Positions 12,416 to 26,189 of a stretch of DNA of 64,000 bases are shown here, one piece after another. The DNA comes from Podospora anserina (taxonomy: Eukaryota), in the NCBI GenBank assembly GCA_017654855.1, contig CM030332.1:2480001-2544000 (forward strand), read 5' to 3'. A program made the position numbers and the translations under genes. Within the stretch, counting starts at the first letter, position 1; each line of letters starts with the position of its first letter. A model generated the notes under the pieces. That model did not search any database. It saw nothing but the letters and a program-made list of their open reading frames with translations, and was not told the origin of the DNA.

Positions 12416-13976
12416 GCATTTTTAGAAAGAATCGAAGATATATGGTGGGTTAGATTGAGGGCGAGAGTACACTAGGGAGGGGGAAGGGTGAGTAAAATGA
12501 GAAGTACCCCAAGGATGTTGCTCTATGACATGCTGGGTGGGTGGAGACAGCGAGATAATGTATATCATTTGTAACAATATAAAAGTATGCATATATTATC
12601 ATTTTCTGGCTTCAGGTATTTCTTTCTTCTTGCATGGAGCCTGGACATAGTAGACTGGGAACCTAATTATCGTGCGGTTATTGTGGCGTTTTTATTTGAT
12701 GCTCTTAAACCGACCGAAGGTAGGCGTATTCTATCCTACTAGATTACATGTGTCAGCCACGTCAAAGCTACCAAAGTTAGCAACAGGTGTATAAGGGATG
12801 ATCTTGGCCTAGGTGAAGAGGAGTGAGCAAACATTGAAATGTCTCTCGATTCTCTACCATACTTACCTAAACCACCTGGTAGAAAAACTTCCCTTCAACG
12901 CTTGCCAGAAGACTCATCACATGAGCGAGTTATCATCGCAAGTAACACCTCAGCCAAGCCATTGGCTCATCGCCAACATATCGTATTCAATAGACTTTCA
13001 CATCCCCCCTCTACTAGACGTAATGATTTCCACCGACCAATGTCAAAACACCCACATTAAAGCACATCGAATCCCATGACACACAGACAGAAATTAACCG
13101 TTAAACGTATTCAGAGGGGAGTCGAAATTTTTTTTTTGGTTGTTCATCAAGAAAATTAAAGAGGTAAAAAGAAAGTAGTCGAAGAGAAAATAGAACAAAA
13201 CAACGCGCTCGATAGCCAGCAAGTTATTCTCTGTGTTGCACGCGCGCGCACACGCACACAGAGACTAACAACACATGCCGAAAACACGCCCACAAAAACC
13301 CACGACACATATCATTACCATCTCCGCCAAAGCCAAACCCAAGCCTCAAAAGTCGCCTGCTCCCAGGCATCAGCGGCTGTCCAGCCAGCAAAAACACAGC
13401 ACCCTCCATTTTCCCAAATTGCCCCCTGAACTGCCTCTGGTTCCTTCTATGGCACCCCTTGTGCCCAGCAGCGGTAATGTGTCCCTCGCCTGACCTCGTT
13501 GGTTGTGTCGTTGCTTATCGATGAAAAAGACAAGCCAAAGCAAAACGCGCCACATTGTGGAAACGTCGGCGGTTGTGAGAATAAGGGTCTCGTTGACCAA
13601 GTGTGAGGTGTTCGTCCATCTGTGACGCCCCCTGCTGTGTCTCTATATCGAGATACGTTCCAGAATCCCAACATATTGACCAGCCCTCGTTGTCGTTGAT
13701 TGCCGCCAGCTGACCGTATCTGTTACTCGCTTGACTATCGCCATCCTCATAGTTGCTGTTGCCCTAGCTATCGCATCACTCTCCTCGTCGAGTGCTCATA
13801 TTTTCTGCTTCGGTGCCTCGATGCCCCGCTATGCTTGTTGCGAAAAGATCCGCGAATCGACCATGTGCATGTGATCTGTATTATGCGAGAGCGTATCGGT
13901 TCTCCTGTGATGAGCAAAATAGCTCCATTAATTGTTGGTTATACATGTGCCATGTTCACGCAATCTCCTTGACGCC

Positions 13977-15688
13977 TCAGACGCTCTGAGGATACACACT
14001 CGCAGGCTGCAAGGTTTGTTAGCTTTGCTCCAATCAAGCACTTGAAGGACAGGTATACATACCGGGCTGTTAAGGATTTGGTTGCGCTTGTTCCGCCCCT
14101 TCTTAATATGATTCTTGAGTGCATTAGAGTCAAGAGGTTTGAGGAGCTCAAAGCTGCAAAGAAGTTCGGTTGATACCGACATAACGGCACCCCAGTTGTC
14201 AAATTCGCCACAGTACTAGAAGAGTATCAGTTAGTATTAGTATATAAATCAAAAAGTTGTCGAGCTAAAAAAACAACTCACGTTGGGAGCGCTGAAGACT
14301 GTGACGAGAACACGATCCGTGAAGAATTCGTAGCCGTCTTCAACAACCATGTGGGCGCGACAAACAAGATCAAAGTCATTAGCGGCCAAAAAGTCAACGA
14401 TGACCTTCTTCCCGAAGCAATAACTGACACCGCGTTCGTTTGACTCCCAGTCTGACTCCATGTCTGCCGGATCAGACCACAAAAGGTCGTTGAGCAAGCC
14501 GTAGTCAGGAACATCGGTAGGCCTAGCAATGTTCCTGATATCGTCCATGTGGCTGAGAGCCGGCGAAAGTCCTCCGTGGACACAGAAGATCTTGGCAGCG
14601 ACGATAGCCGCAATGGGAAGCGTGTTGAACGTGTCGACGAATGTCTTCCAAATCTTCACGTTGCATCTTCGTTTGCACTCATCGTAGAACCCGTATACGC
14701 GCGTGACATTGGCGCATTCGTGATTTCCACGCAGCAAGAAGAAGTTCTCGGGGTACTTGAGCTTGTAGCAGAGCAAAAGCAGGATGGTCTCCAGAGACTG
14801 CTTGCCACGATCCACGTAGTCGCCCAAGAACAGGTAGTTGGAGTTTGGGGGAAACCCGCACATCTCGAACATCCGAATCAGGTCGGTATACTGGCCGTGC
14901 ACGTCTCCTACTATCTTGACGGGCGCGTCCAGCTCGAGAAGGGCGGGCTGGGAAAGGAAAACTTCTCGAGCCCGATGGCAGATCGCCGTGATTTCGGCAT
15001 TCTTGAGACACACTCCTTTTGTGACTTTGCCGGCGTAGGCGGCATCGAGAAGGCGCTTGATGAAATCATCCAGGTCAATATCCTTGATCTCACTCATGGT
15101 GACTCCAGCATCTTCCTTTCCAGACTCATTGGGTGAGTTGTTAACCAAACTGACAGCGTCATCGCGCTTCACCAGGATGGACTGGCCCGCCGGTTGTGCA
15201 GGAAGGGCTGAACTGCCGGCACCCGAAGGCGGTTGGTCTGAAACGTGGTCCACCTCCCCGCTGGCCTGCGCAGCCGAGACATCGTGGTATCCCGCCTTCA
15301 AGGACGCGGATTGTATCGGCGAGGGCGGCGGAAGGTCATCAGCCACGGGAGAAGTCGGCACGGCAGTATCGACCGATGACGGTGAGCTGGGGGACGGGAT
15401 AGAATCGGCACGTGAGACGCGTGACTGGGACGATCTTGCGCTCCTGCCACCTGTAACATCCGCCTTTTCGTTCACATCACCGTTCACAATGAGTGCCGAG
15501 CTCCTAGGACTGTCTGTCCTGTTGGACCCTGGGATCTTGGAACGCAGGGAGCGAAAAGACCTAGATGACTCTCTGGTGTCGGACCTGCTGAACGAAGGAT
15601 ACGACTGGAAGCCCTCGGGGCCGGTCCGGTCGCCATTAGCGGCACCCTTGGCCGACGATCCGGACTCCTTGGAGGATTGGTTGCCCAT
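13977..15688 (-). CDS. PPZ1: Ser/Thr protein phosphatase PP-Z; introns 14281-14216 and 14062-14007
   Basis: PPP motifs GDVHG, GDYVDRG, RGNHE and SAPN|YCGEFDN across the intron. MGNQSS myristoylation-type start and a Ser-rich N-terminal extension typical of PPZ. Last exon [12 protein letters not shown]. Confidence 0.95.
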
Positions 15689-18600
15689 GATTTCTCAATG
15701 TCAGAGAATTATAGCTCTTGAGATAGGGCCTGGACGGCGTGCACACGCGCGTGGTTCCGGGCAGGTCGCTCTTTGGCCAAGACCTACACAGCCTACCGCT
15801 GGCACCCGTCTAGAAGCGATTTGTAATTCTTGTTGTGCCCCTTGGTTCTAGGGAGGGTGGTAGAGTCTGTCGAGACAGGAAAGCAGTTGGGTGGCGGTGG
15901 TTGACCGACGTCCCGATGAGCTCTCCGTTTTCAACGATACCAAGGGAAGACAGTGGAAAGGTGTTGGTAAGAGCGGGGACGGTGGTCGAGGCACGGCGGA
16001 GACTCCGGTCAGTCAGCGGTGTCGGATCTATCGGGGTCGGACAAAGGCCGACGGATAACGGATGACGGATGGTCCGGTCGGTAACACGTCGAATCCGGGG
16101 TGAGTGGAGGTGAAAATGGTCTTTCGAGGTATTGCTATGATGTCAGCCTTGTCCGCGCAGCACACGACCAGCAGCAGCAGCGATAATATTCCCAAGAAGA
16201 GACGCGAGCCAATTCTTGGGTGAGCTGGATGAAGGAAAAAAAAAGGAATTGTGGGGATATAGACGGGGGAAGGTTTAAGTTCTCGTTTGTGGAAAAAATG
16301 AAAGAACCTACGGCCGATAAGAGGGCAACCGAGACGGAGCGACCAGGAAAAAACTAGGCCGCCAAGGATGGAGGTGTGAGAACGGGGCCAGGCACAGTCC
16401 AACCGACAAGGGACTTGATATTTCGCTTCAAGGAGAAGGGCGGGCTTGCTGGTGAAGAGAGCGGGCGGTAGAGTGGTTTAGTGTGACGTGCTCGTAGGTT
16501 AAAAGGATGTGCTGTTCTGGCACGATAGACCGATGTTGCGTTGATGGGTTGATGGGCTTGCCACGGGGGTCAGTACACATCACACGCTCACTCGGTAGGG
16601 ATGAGAGAGCGCAAAAGGCGTTTGGCGGAGCGAACCGTGTGCGTAAGTAGGAGAAGGTTTTCACGGGAACAGATGAAGTGGGCGGCGGGAATGGGGGAAG
16701 GCTGCTTGATTGATGACGATGCGGCTGTCGAGTGAAAGATTGGCGCTTTGACACGGTGGTCTGCCGCAGAGTCAATTGGGCGTCTGGGTCGCTCCGACCT
16801 CCAGGTTGCTGGATCCAAACACGACTGACTTGGGCCCTAGGCAGGGGATGGGAAAGAGCAGTACAACAGGATCACGAATGGCAATTGCAGGTCAAACGTC
16901 GTGCGAAGATGTCGGAAAGCTTCTGTACTGTGCTGAAGGTGCTCAGAAGGCAGTGGGCGAGGCACCGCGAACAGGCACGTGCCTTTCTCAGTGTGGGGCA
17001 CACATCAAGGCGACCTTTGGCTATCAGGTTCTGGACGCAAGATGCTGCCCCGCACTGATGCATCTCTGACAATGCCGCTTCCAGTTTCCATCCCTACCAT
17101 CCGCGTACAACTTGATATCAGACACACCAAAACGGCTTCCTTACGTATCGATATCCTGCCGCCCAGCCAGCAAAGCTGTCGCAATCAAGAATGCCAGAAA
17201 GACAAGACTTGCATCCAAGACTGAGGGGGGCTCGGCATCTGGGCATCCAGGGGAGCAGCCCCCTATTTCTCTTAGCTACCAGCTTTTTCTTGGGTATCAC
17301 CTGTCCCTCCATCAGGAGAGACACAGCCCGACGCCGTCTCACCCCATTGTTTCTGCCAAGAAGGTTGGAAGAACTCTAAACATCTTCTATGTCACAATAC
17401 GTGCAGTGTGGGGGATAGACGGGGGGCACACCCTCACCTCGAGATGGACGGGCGATGATCTTGAGCAAGGCACGGGCGGGACGACGCTCAGCGGATGCTG
17501 TGCGATGCAACTCCTTCCGCTTGATGAGACGTCGAGATGTGTGCCCAATTGCGGGCCTCTGTGGGCCGGGGTTGATATCTTTGGATCCGCCGGTCAGGAA
17601 CTGGTTTCAGCTTTGCTTTCCCAGCCCATTGCATCTGTTCAACCACCTGACCGTGTTTTTTCCCCATGGCTGTCCTGTTGTTGGGAAGCGGTGTACTGCA
17701 GCTGGCGCACATATCTGTCACTCGACAAGACAGAGTTTTTATGGGCACAGGCCATGATTCGACCACTGTCCCCCATCTTGAGATGCATGGCCTTCTGACC
17801 CTAGATTCCCGTCAAGCTGCCGCTGGTGGATGCGATGCGTGGGGGAGAGACATGCCTCTGCATTCCGGGGAAGACTTGATGTGAAAGTGACCAGCGCATT
17901 GGCAATGTTGAAGAAGCCGTCATCGTGGCAGTAAGCATTTCGCTCTCGGGGACCTCACTGAGGCAAAACGGGCATCTCTGCCTGCTGGGCATGAATGCTT
18001 GAAGAGGCTCTGACAGTTTGTGCCAGAGAATGAACATCACCTGGTCAATAGGTGGTGAAAGACAAAACTCGGTATGCCATGTTGTCAACGGCCGGACCCG
18101 ATCCGGACCCGGGATTTTCGATGCCACCATCGAAACAGCCGGCCGGTCTTGGTCCCACCATGCCCGACCGGCTTGTCCTCCGATCTGAACTCTGCTGCCA
18201 CCAAACTCACCGCTCGCCTGCTTGGTTTGTCATCTCTTGGCACTCGGTCGTCATCGGGCCAGACCCAAAAAACTAGCCCATGCCTCCCCGTTGTCTGTTC
18301 CGTCAGGGTGGGAACGACTCCGTACTTGTTCCAAATTTAGCTTGCTGCCCAGCCACCAGCCACCACCGTTTTCGCACGTTTTCGGCAGTGTTGCGCATCC
18401 CACTTCGGTCACCAGCCACCAAGATATCGTCAACACCACAGGTCCATACACTATTCGTACAGCCCAGTGTGGCAATGTACTCAGGAGAGAGTGCAATCCG
18501 GTGACTGTTTTGGAGATCATGGGTATGCAAACTCGAGATGGAGCGTTGTCTGAATCGTCCATCATCACGAGGCTGGGAGCGGATCAGCTTTTATCCCATG

Positions 18601-19944
18601 GTTGAGGCTGAACTGGGTGCATGCAAGTTTAGAGTTTTCCGCTAACAACTATATCCACTAACAAGCTCCGCCTTCAGCTGGCGTCAGCCATCAGATGCCC
18701 CACCTGCTCCAATTGCGCTGATGCCATCAGAACCGATACCGTAGTTGCAAACCATCAAGGGCCTTCAGGCTTTCTTATCCTCTTGTTCTGTTTCGCCCAG
18801 CTCGCGTCACTTCAGGCCTTTTGACAATTGCAACCGAATACGGCAACTGTGGCCGTTACGTCCACGCGTCGTTTAACCTCATTGCGGGGTAGGCCCCGAG
18901 TCCAATTGCCAATGAGACGAACCTACAGACAAAGGTCCCTGAAGATCTACATGCCATGAATCGTCCCCCCGAAGCTGTTGCCTTGATTTTGTGGTTCAAA
19001 TGTCAATCTGGTAAAGAGTTTGAAAGCCCATCATCTTGACCATCCAGACCAACGGGAGCACTCCCGTCCGGCTGTACTCATGTCGAGGTGGCTACCGTTT
19101 CCGGTCAAAACATTTTCACTTTCACGGCCGCAGCTGGGCTGGAACTACTGGCTGACCGGGACAAACAAACAGTTTGAGGCGGCCGGTTTACTGGCCATTG
19201 GGTATCAAGTTGAGTGAAGAACTACAAGGCTCGGGGTGCTCTAGATGGAACTTCCTATTTCCGGGATGCAAGAAGAACGCCACACTTCTTTTTCTAGAGA
19301 TCTGCAAATCCCATACCAAGCGAATGTGGGAGCCTCTGCGAAAGTGAGGATCGGACTTTATCAGATCTGTGTTTCGTCCCTTGAAGGGTGAGCAATGCGC
19401 AGCTCAGGATTTCCCGGGTGCTGCTCATGGGGCCTTGGCTGCTGGGAGGCCTAGGAAAAGAGCTTCTTTGAGGGTCCAAGGGCTGAAGATTCCCGCAGAC
19501 GAGGACAAAACAGTGGGCCATTTCGTCACCCGCATGGAGGCGGAGACTGCGCCACCCGGCCCATTGGCACAGCCTTTTGCTAGCCTGCCATTCCTGTTGC
19601 TAGCAACCCTACCGGGTCGTAAGCAGGGCGAGTTGTCTTGCATCCGTGGGTTGACCCTTCCCTTTTATTTATCTTGCGACCACCCCTCTTCCTAACCTTC
19701 TACTACTCCGTCATTCTGCATCTACATTCTGTGTGAATTTTTTCACTCATTTTTCCCCTCCACCATCTTCAAGAGGGATATCAGAGGACCATCTCGCTAT
19801 CGACTATCGTTAACGAAACCTTCAGGCTAACGTCGACCTCACCCCGCCTCGCCGTTGCCAAAACCCAAAACCGCCCAACCCAACCCCTCGTTATATCTGC
19901 AAACAACCCTTTCTCGAGAGGACAGCACCACAACATCAGTCAAA

Positions 19945-20964
19945 ATGGCCAACTTTGGGCGCGTCGTCTGCGTCGCCCTCCCCTTTTTACTAACCCTCGC
20001 CTCCCTCATATCCCTCCTCGTTGCCGGCCTCGCGGGCGTAGCCGATAAGTCGTTATACATGTTTCAAGTAAACACAACCAACCTCTCCATCGACCCCATC
20101 ACAGCCGCCAACCTCATCTCCAAAGCCACCGGCGGCAAGGACGTCGAGACGGTCTTCAACGACGCCGTAAACGACGCCCTCAATACCCGCCAGGACACCC
20201 AAACCACCAACATCACCGCCGCCGATCTTTCTCTCTATGACCTCTACGACGTTGGGCTTTGGGGCTACTGCTACACGCCTCAGAATGGCTCAAGAGAGTG
20301 CACCAGGCCCGCCTTTGACTGGGCCACTAACGTCCTGAACACCACCACTGGCGACCTCAACTCCATGTTGACCCTCACTGGTCAAAACGTCACCCTCCCC
20401 AAGGAAATCACCGACGCGGTCAAGGCCTTCTCTACCGTCTCCAAATGGACCCAAGTCGTCTTTATCATCTCCTACGTCGCCCTTGGCGTGGCTCTCTTCT
20501 TTGGCCTGTTTGCCAACTGTTCCAGGGCATTTAGTTGCATCACCTGGCTGCTCGCCGCTTTCGCCGCCGTTGCCGTCTGCGCCAGTGCCGCGCTCGCGAC
20601 TGCCACCGCTGTCGTGGTCGTCGGAGCGGTAGAGGGCTCGGCTAAGATCTATGGTGTTCGCGCCGACTTTAACACGAGGTTCCTGGCCGCGGTGTGGATC
20701 GCTGCTGCGTTCGCTCTTGCGGCGGCGCTGTTCTGGGTGTTTACCATTTGCTGCTGTGCGCCCGAGAAGAGGAGCGGTCACAAGAGGAACAGGAGCAGTG
20801 ATGAGGGGGAGAAGCTTATGGGTACCGGGCCGTACCAGAGGTTGGATCAGCCACAGGGGTATCAAGGTTATCAGCAGCAGTGGCCTGCGGCTACCGCTGG
20901 GAATGGGGGGTATGGAAGGCAGACGGGCGGTGCGTATGAGCCGTATTCTCATAGCAGGGTTTAA
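19945..20964 (+). CDS. SUR7/PalI family four-TM plasma-membrane protein
   Basis: N-terminal TM, extracellular loop with YDVGLWGYC...C (claudin-like), three further TMs and a Cys-rich juxtamembrane ICCC. ATG at 19945 in AAAATGG context. Confidence 0.85.
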   Translation: MANFGRVVCVALPFLLTLASLISLLVAGLAGVADKSLYMFQVNTTNLSIDPITAANLISKATGGKDVETVFNDAVNDALNTRQDTQTTNITAADLSLYDLYDVGLWGYCYTPQNGSRECTRPAFDWATNVLNTTTGDLNSMLTLTGQNVTLPKEITDAVKAFSTVSKWTQVVFIISYVALGVALFFGLFANCSRAFSCITWLLAAFAAVAVCASAALATATAVVVVGAVEGSAKIYGVRADFNTRFLAAVWIAAAFALAAALFWVFTICCCAPEKRSGHKRNRSSDEGEKLMGTGPYQRLDQPQGYQGYQQQWPAATAGNGGYGRQTGGAYEPYSHSRV

Positions 20965-22356
20965 GGGGATTTAGGGGAGATTTTCTTTTTTGTGTCTATT
21001 GTTTACCTGATGAGCAAGCATTAATTGGGCGTTTTTCGGGATGGTTGTGCTTTGGCTCATCATCATGGGTTTATTGGGCGGGTTAAAGGAAGGGAGGGCT
21101 CGGGGATAGAGTCGGGTGGGCTTATGATTGATATGATACCCCAGCTATTCCAAGTATTGGGTAAATTCTTTTTACACTTTTTTGTATCTTGGTTTTTGAT
21201 CATCGTGGTGATCTATGGTAAAGGAAAAATTTAGGATGGTCATTGTTTCATAACCCAACTTTGATATGTTCCTGCCTCGTGGCTTCATACTTCCAAACTT
21301 TGTGAATACATTTTGCTACAGGGTATGCTGGAGATAATCTCACTAAGATCGCCTGATGAGGATTGATTCTGCTCATCCTAGGGGTTTCCCTCCACTGTGG
21401 TACGCGCAATTCCACCGCACATTTCACTCAGCTCGCCTGGTGTTGGGCCAGGTTGGGCTTGCCCAGAAGGTTAGGTGTGTGTGGGCTTGGGCTGGAGGGT
21501 CCAGTGGGAAAGGTCCCCAGATACATGAAACACGGGGTTGGGTGCTGGGCAAGGTCTGGGCTTGCATGTGAGCCTGGGCTTCAGGTAGGAATGTGGCTCA
21601 GCAAAAGATGGGACCTTTGGTGGGTGGATGTTGCTTACGTCTGTCTTACGGGCGGGGATGGGTTTGTGGAAGTGAGGTGATAGGTGACGATGAGGCTTGA
21701 GATTGGACTGGGGGAGTATCGGACTCTGAGTATTACGCGGCCGAAGAAGGAACACGGACGCTGTATAACATCGTGTGCGAGGCTGTTACCATTAAGGATA
21801 TCTCTGCAATGGGAGGGTTCATGTAAGATTTTAGCATCGAACCTGTCGTGGTTGTTCAGATGTTATATGGTATCTGGTAAAGCCTGGGTCAAGTGTGAGG
21901 CATGTCGATGTGTAGACAAAGCAATTTACCCAGACTCAACAACGGCATGAAAATCAGTCCAACAAATAAAGCAATGTTGCCTACTCAGCTCTCTAACCCA
22001 CTAATTCTCTAAGCCACTATTCCGCTACCTTGATACCTGGTCCCATGTAGATACAATACAGCCTTTACACAACCATCCCATTTGGCCCACCCACCCTTCC
22101 TATACCCCCCACCACCCTGCTTTGTTGAATGCATCACCTCTCCACCCACCCCAATATCAACCGCCAATCCCTTAGTGTCAAGCAATTCCGTCAAGCTCCT
22201 TTCCTCCCGTACAGTGCTAATTATCCTCTCATCAAGCCATGATGATTCTCCAAGTAAACTTGCAACAAATGACTTTACCACGCAGCCTCACGCCTTCATC
22301 ATCAGCCTCGGCCCCCTAGTCACCCTCGGCCTCGATTCCGGGAAAGAGAAAAATTC

Positions 22357-25300
22357 CTACTCCTTCTCATCCCTATATCTCCAGGGCTTTTGCCTCTTTC
22401 TCGACCCACGGACGCTGTCGTCGTCGTCATCATCGTCGTCCTCGTCCCCTTCGTTGTCGTCATCGTCGTATCTCCCCCCACCTCTCCCATTCACCACCGA
22501 CTGGTCAGAGTGGGAGGAGGTAGAAGAGTCGATCGGTTGAAAGATGCTCTGTCCATACAGCCCCGCACTGTTGTTTCTGTTGGACTGAACATGTGACTCA
22601 AAATCGCGGTGGTGGTCACCGTCACCTGACGGGCTCTGAGCCTCCTCCTCGAAGTCGGAGGCCTTGCGCTTCTTACCCGCCGCTGTGGTAGAGATGGAGT
22701 TCGAGAGCGTTGAGGGCCCGGGGCGAGAAAACCGGTTGCGGTAGGCGAGTGGGTGATCTTCGGAGTCGGTGCCATGCCTTCCGATGTTGTTGATGGATTT
22801 CTCGCTGCTGTTGCTAGGACTAGTAGTGCTGCTGCCGGGACTCGTCTTTCCAGTCTTGCTGCTGCTGGTAGTCTTAGCGGTGCCAGGTCGATGCTTTGGT
22901 TTGCGCCCTGCGCCAGGTCGTGCGCCCCCTCTCTTAGAGATTTTCTTCACGGGTTCCTGACCAGGGCCGCTAACTGCGCCATTGGCGCCAAATGCCGTGC
23001 TGGCATATGGGTGTTTGGAGATGCGCCGTCGTGAAGGAGTTTCTTCTAGGGCCCCGCTCTCGCCTTGACTATCACTAATCTCGGTGGCGTGTTGGTATTC
23101 GCCGGTTTCCTCAGGCGGCTGTGCTTGTTTTTTCTTACGACCAGCACCAGGCCTTGCTCCGCCTCGTTTACCACGTTGCTTCTTGTTAGGGGTCTCCCCA
23201 TAGTCCACGCCATCTTCATCATCTTGCCGGCGGCGTAACTCGTCAAAGAACAACTCATCGTCACTGCCTCGATAGTCCAAATGCCGGCTCGACTTGGATG
23301 TGGTTTTGCGGGGGGCAGCACGTTGAGCGCCTCCTTTGCGCTTCGGCGCGCCATTCCCGCTGCCCTTTTCCTTCCCACCGCTCTCTCGTGACTCTACGAG
23401 CTTCTTGGTCAAGTTAGGGAAGTTGTCACCGTAGTTAAAGAATAACTCCTCCCCGGCCTTGATGTCACGAAGTGCTGAGAACTTGATGCGGAACTCATGG
23501 TTGACATACATGATTTTTGGGGTGATGTTGCAGGTGTCGTTGGCATGGTTGATGTACCGGCTGAGGTTCCCATAAATGGCCGCGTCCACCCATATGCCCT
23601 CCTGCTCAAGAAGCGTGAAAAGATATGAAATCTTGTTTTCCTCGTCAAACACGTCACCGCGGCGATTCTCGCGGCGAACGCCCTCGTCGTGGCTAATAAG
23701 TTCGCCAGTGTACTCAATGATAAACTCGTCCTGCGCTATATCCTCCGCAGCAAAGAGACCATATCCACAGCCCTCCAGCTGGGAGGAACCTATCACGACC
23801 GCCTTGGTGGCGCCGCGTTGCATGGGTACATTCTGACACCCCGTCGAATGAAGCTGTTCATCGTAGGCGTTCTCAGGATCAGCTCTCTCCTTCGCTCCAC
23901 ATCCCTTGCAAAGGACAGGGTCGCATTCCCGGTTGAGTTGAACACAGATACACGGCTTCCCTTCTTTCTGGCGTTGGATACATGTCTTGCCTAGCGAATG
24001 GCAGGCACACCCAGTAAACTTGAGGGCACATGTTTCTGCCGTACATAAGCAGAATCGCTCGCAGAGGACGGGGTGTCTCCCCTTGGATGCACATTGGCAG
24101 CCGTTCGCAGCCGTACACGCACCCTCGTGATGGCAGGGCGTCCATATTTCCCGTAGCGAATGCTCGTGCGTGACAGTTGCATCTTCCCAACCACTCAATA
24201 GCTGCTTCTTTCTCCGATCATACCACGTAACTGGCTTGGGTCCCTTGACGGTCTCAAAAGCCTCGGGGACAGCAGGAAGTGCCAGGCTGAGCTCCCTGAA
24301 TTTGCGATGTACATCCCAGCAGGGCCGGTTCAGCACAGCAGCAACAAAACACTGCGGCATGAGGGACGAGCTGTAGCCCAGAGTCGCAAACACCTGCTCA
24401 AGGACCGTGACCTCGTTTCCAGACCATGGCTTTTCCACATAACCTGGTTTCCCGGTATCGTGAGTGCGATAGCAGGAATTCCGGCAAGGTTGGGGATTTG
24501 ATTTCAAGACAAGGCTTGATTGCTTGCTTGAGTGGTCTTGAAGTTGTGCCATCCACTTAGCCCGCAGAGCAGATGCAACACCGCCGATTTCATCGAGAGA
24601 CAAGCACCGCTTCTGATTGTCTCCATCGATTTCACCGTGCTCACAGTCATGACTGAAACAGATCAGACAGCCCAACGCCGAGTAGCTCCCCAGAGATTCC
24701 ACAACCTTTTGCGTCAGCTCTCTATTCTGATGCCTTTGGGCACTCGGCGTATTCTTGGTTTTCCTGTTGTCCAAGATAGGCTCCACGGCCTTGTCTAGCT
24801 TCAAGACATCACTGAGGGTGATGGGTCTCTGGTTCTTGGGGTCACCAAAGACTTTGTCAAAAGCTTCGGTGAAGAGCTTGGCTGCTCTAGAACCACGGGG
24901 TGACCCAGCACCTTCGTTGTATGTGTCAAGAAGGTGGCTCCTCTGTTGCGGGGTGATGGCATCATCGCTCTCTGGCTGGCTTGCCATGTAGCGGATGAGA
25001 GTGGTTTTGGTGCAGCCGTCAATGGCTAGCCTCTCCAACCACGGCTCCAGGTAGGTTGATAAGATAGCTGCGTATTCATTCTGCGCTCTCTTGGCCAGCC
25101 TCTGTACCCGACCAAGGGCTTTGAAGCCAGACAACTTATCAAGAGTCTCCAGTTCATTGAGCCACTCGGCGTACCTCTTTTCCTCAGCCGAGTTCGGGTC
25201 AACATCACGAAGATGTGGCACAAAGTTTAGCATGGAATTTGGCGCAAGAATATTTTTGCGAATTTCAACATGATGAAACCTGTATCGTGGGACACTTTGC

Positions 25301-26189
25301 CTGTCTGAGGCGATGCACACAACAGGGAAATCGATATGTTTCCCGTGTGCTCTTATGGCTTTCCCTTGCTCGCCACTATGTTGCTTTTCGGGGATTAGAG
25401 AGATGCTCGGCAAAGAGGGTTATCAGAACTAACCTTGAATTTGAGAGTCATAGTCTCTATTTCATTCCCAGCCGATTCATCATGGTCAACCGTGAGAGGT
25501 TTCATATCGGCGAACGCATCCACAGAGCTAATGTGTTGAGGCTTGGGCGCATTTCTCTCGTCTTCTTCAAGCAGAAAGTGAACGAGATGCGCATGATCCT
25601 CGCTGACCTCATTCACAAAGGACCTGAGGATGTCGGCAATGGAGTCTACTGTCCAATCGTCGACCTTTTGGGGCGTCATTGATTTTGGCGTCTCGTGGCC
25701 TCTGAACTCTGAGAGTTGGAGCGAATGTGAAGTTTGCGACTGCGGGGTCGGGTGCTGGGCCGTATTTTTGAGAGTTGGCGACTGTGAATCCCGAATCTCG
25801 TCCCGTGTTGAAAATCGCATTATTAACTTTGATGGTGTTCCATCCAGCCCTGACTTGCTCTTAGCCACTGGTGACCCATTGGGAGTCCGCCTTCTACTCG
25901 CAGGCGCGGATGTGGCTGTAGCATCAGATAAAGAGGAGGGACTAGGCCCTCTACTAGCTTTCACATGTTGCGGAGCCGAGTTCCGCGCATGGTGATGGGG
26001 CCGCTCAGACGCATAGGGTTGTGAAGCTGGTTGTGATCGCAGCCGGTCGCCGTAGTGAGGGTGGTTCAAGGTCGTTGTCCTGACACCAGTTTCGTCGGCC
26101 ACACCATCGCCACCTTCACTCCCCCCATCTTCACTAGCTGAGGTCGAATCCGCCGTCAAATCCACCACAATTCTCCCGGACGAGACCAT
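22357..26189 (-). CDS. kmt6: Histone H3K27 methyltransferase, catalytic subunit of PRC2 (EZH2/KMT6/SET-7); intron 25433-25384
   Basis: CLICFSHDCEH motif, CXC domain (PCHHEGAC...CERFCLC...CICVQLNRECDPVLC) and SET domain (GYGLFA, EYTGELIS, YLFTL, RYINHA, GEELFFNYG). GTTAGT...CTAAT...AAG intron joins the two ORFs. Confidence 0.93.

Noticed and set aside
13237-13260. Alternating purine-pyrimidine tract (potential Z-DNA)
   Set aside because: A short microsatellite-like tract in the 3' region of PPZ with no supporting context.
15689-19944. Many 60-228 aa ORFs in the 4.2-kb divergent PPZ-SUR7 gap
   Set aside because: No coding-like codon bias, motifs or splice-consistent model; treated as promoter/UTR sequence.
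22288-22359. kmt6 UAG in an editing-favourable context (UAG GAA)
   Set aside because: Only 22 codons to the next stop, within chance expectation.
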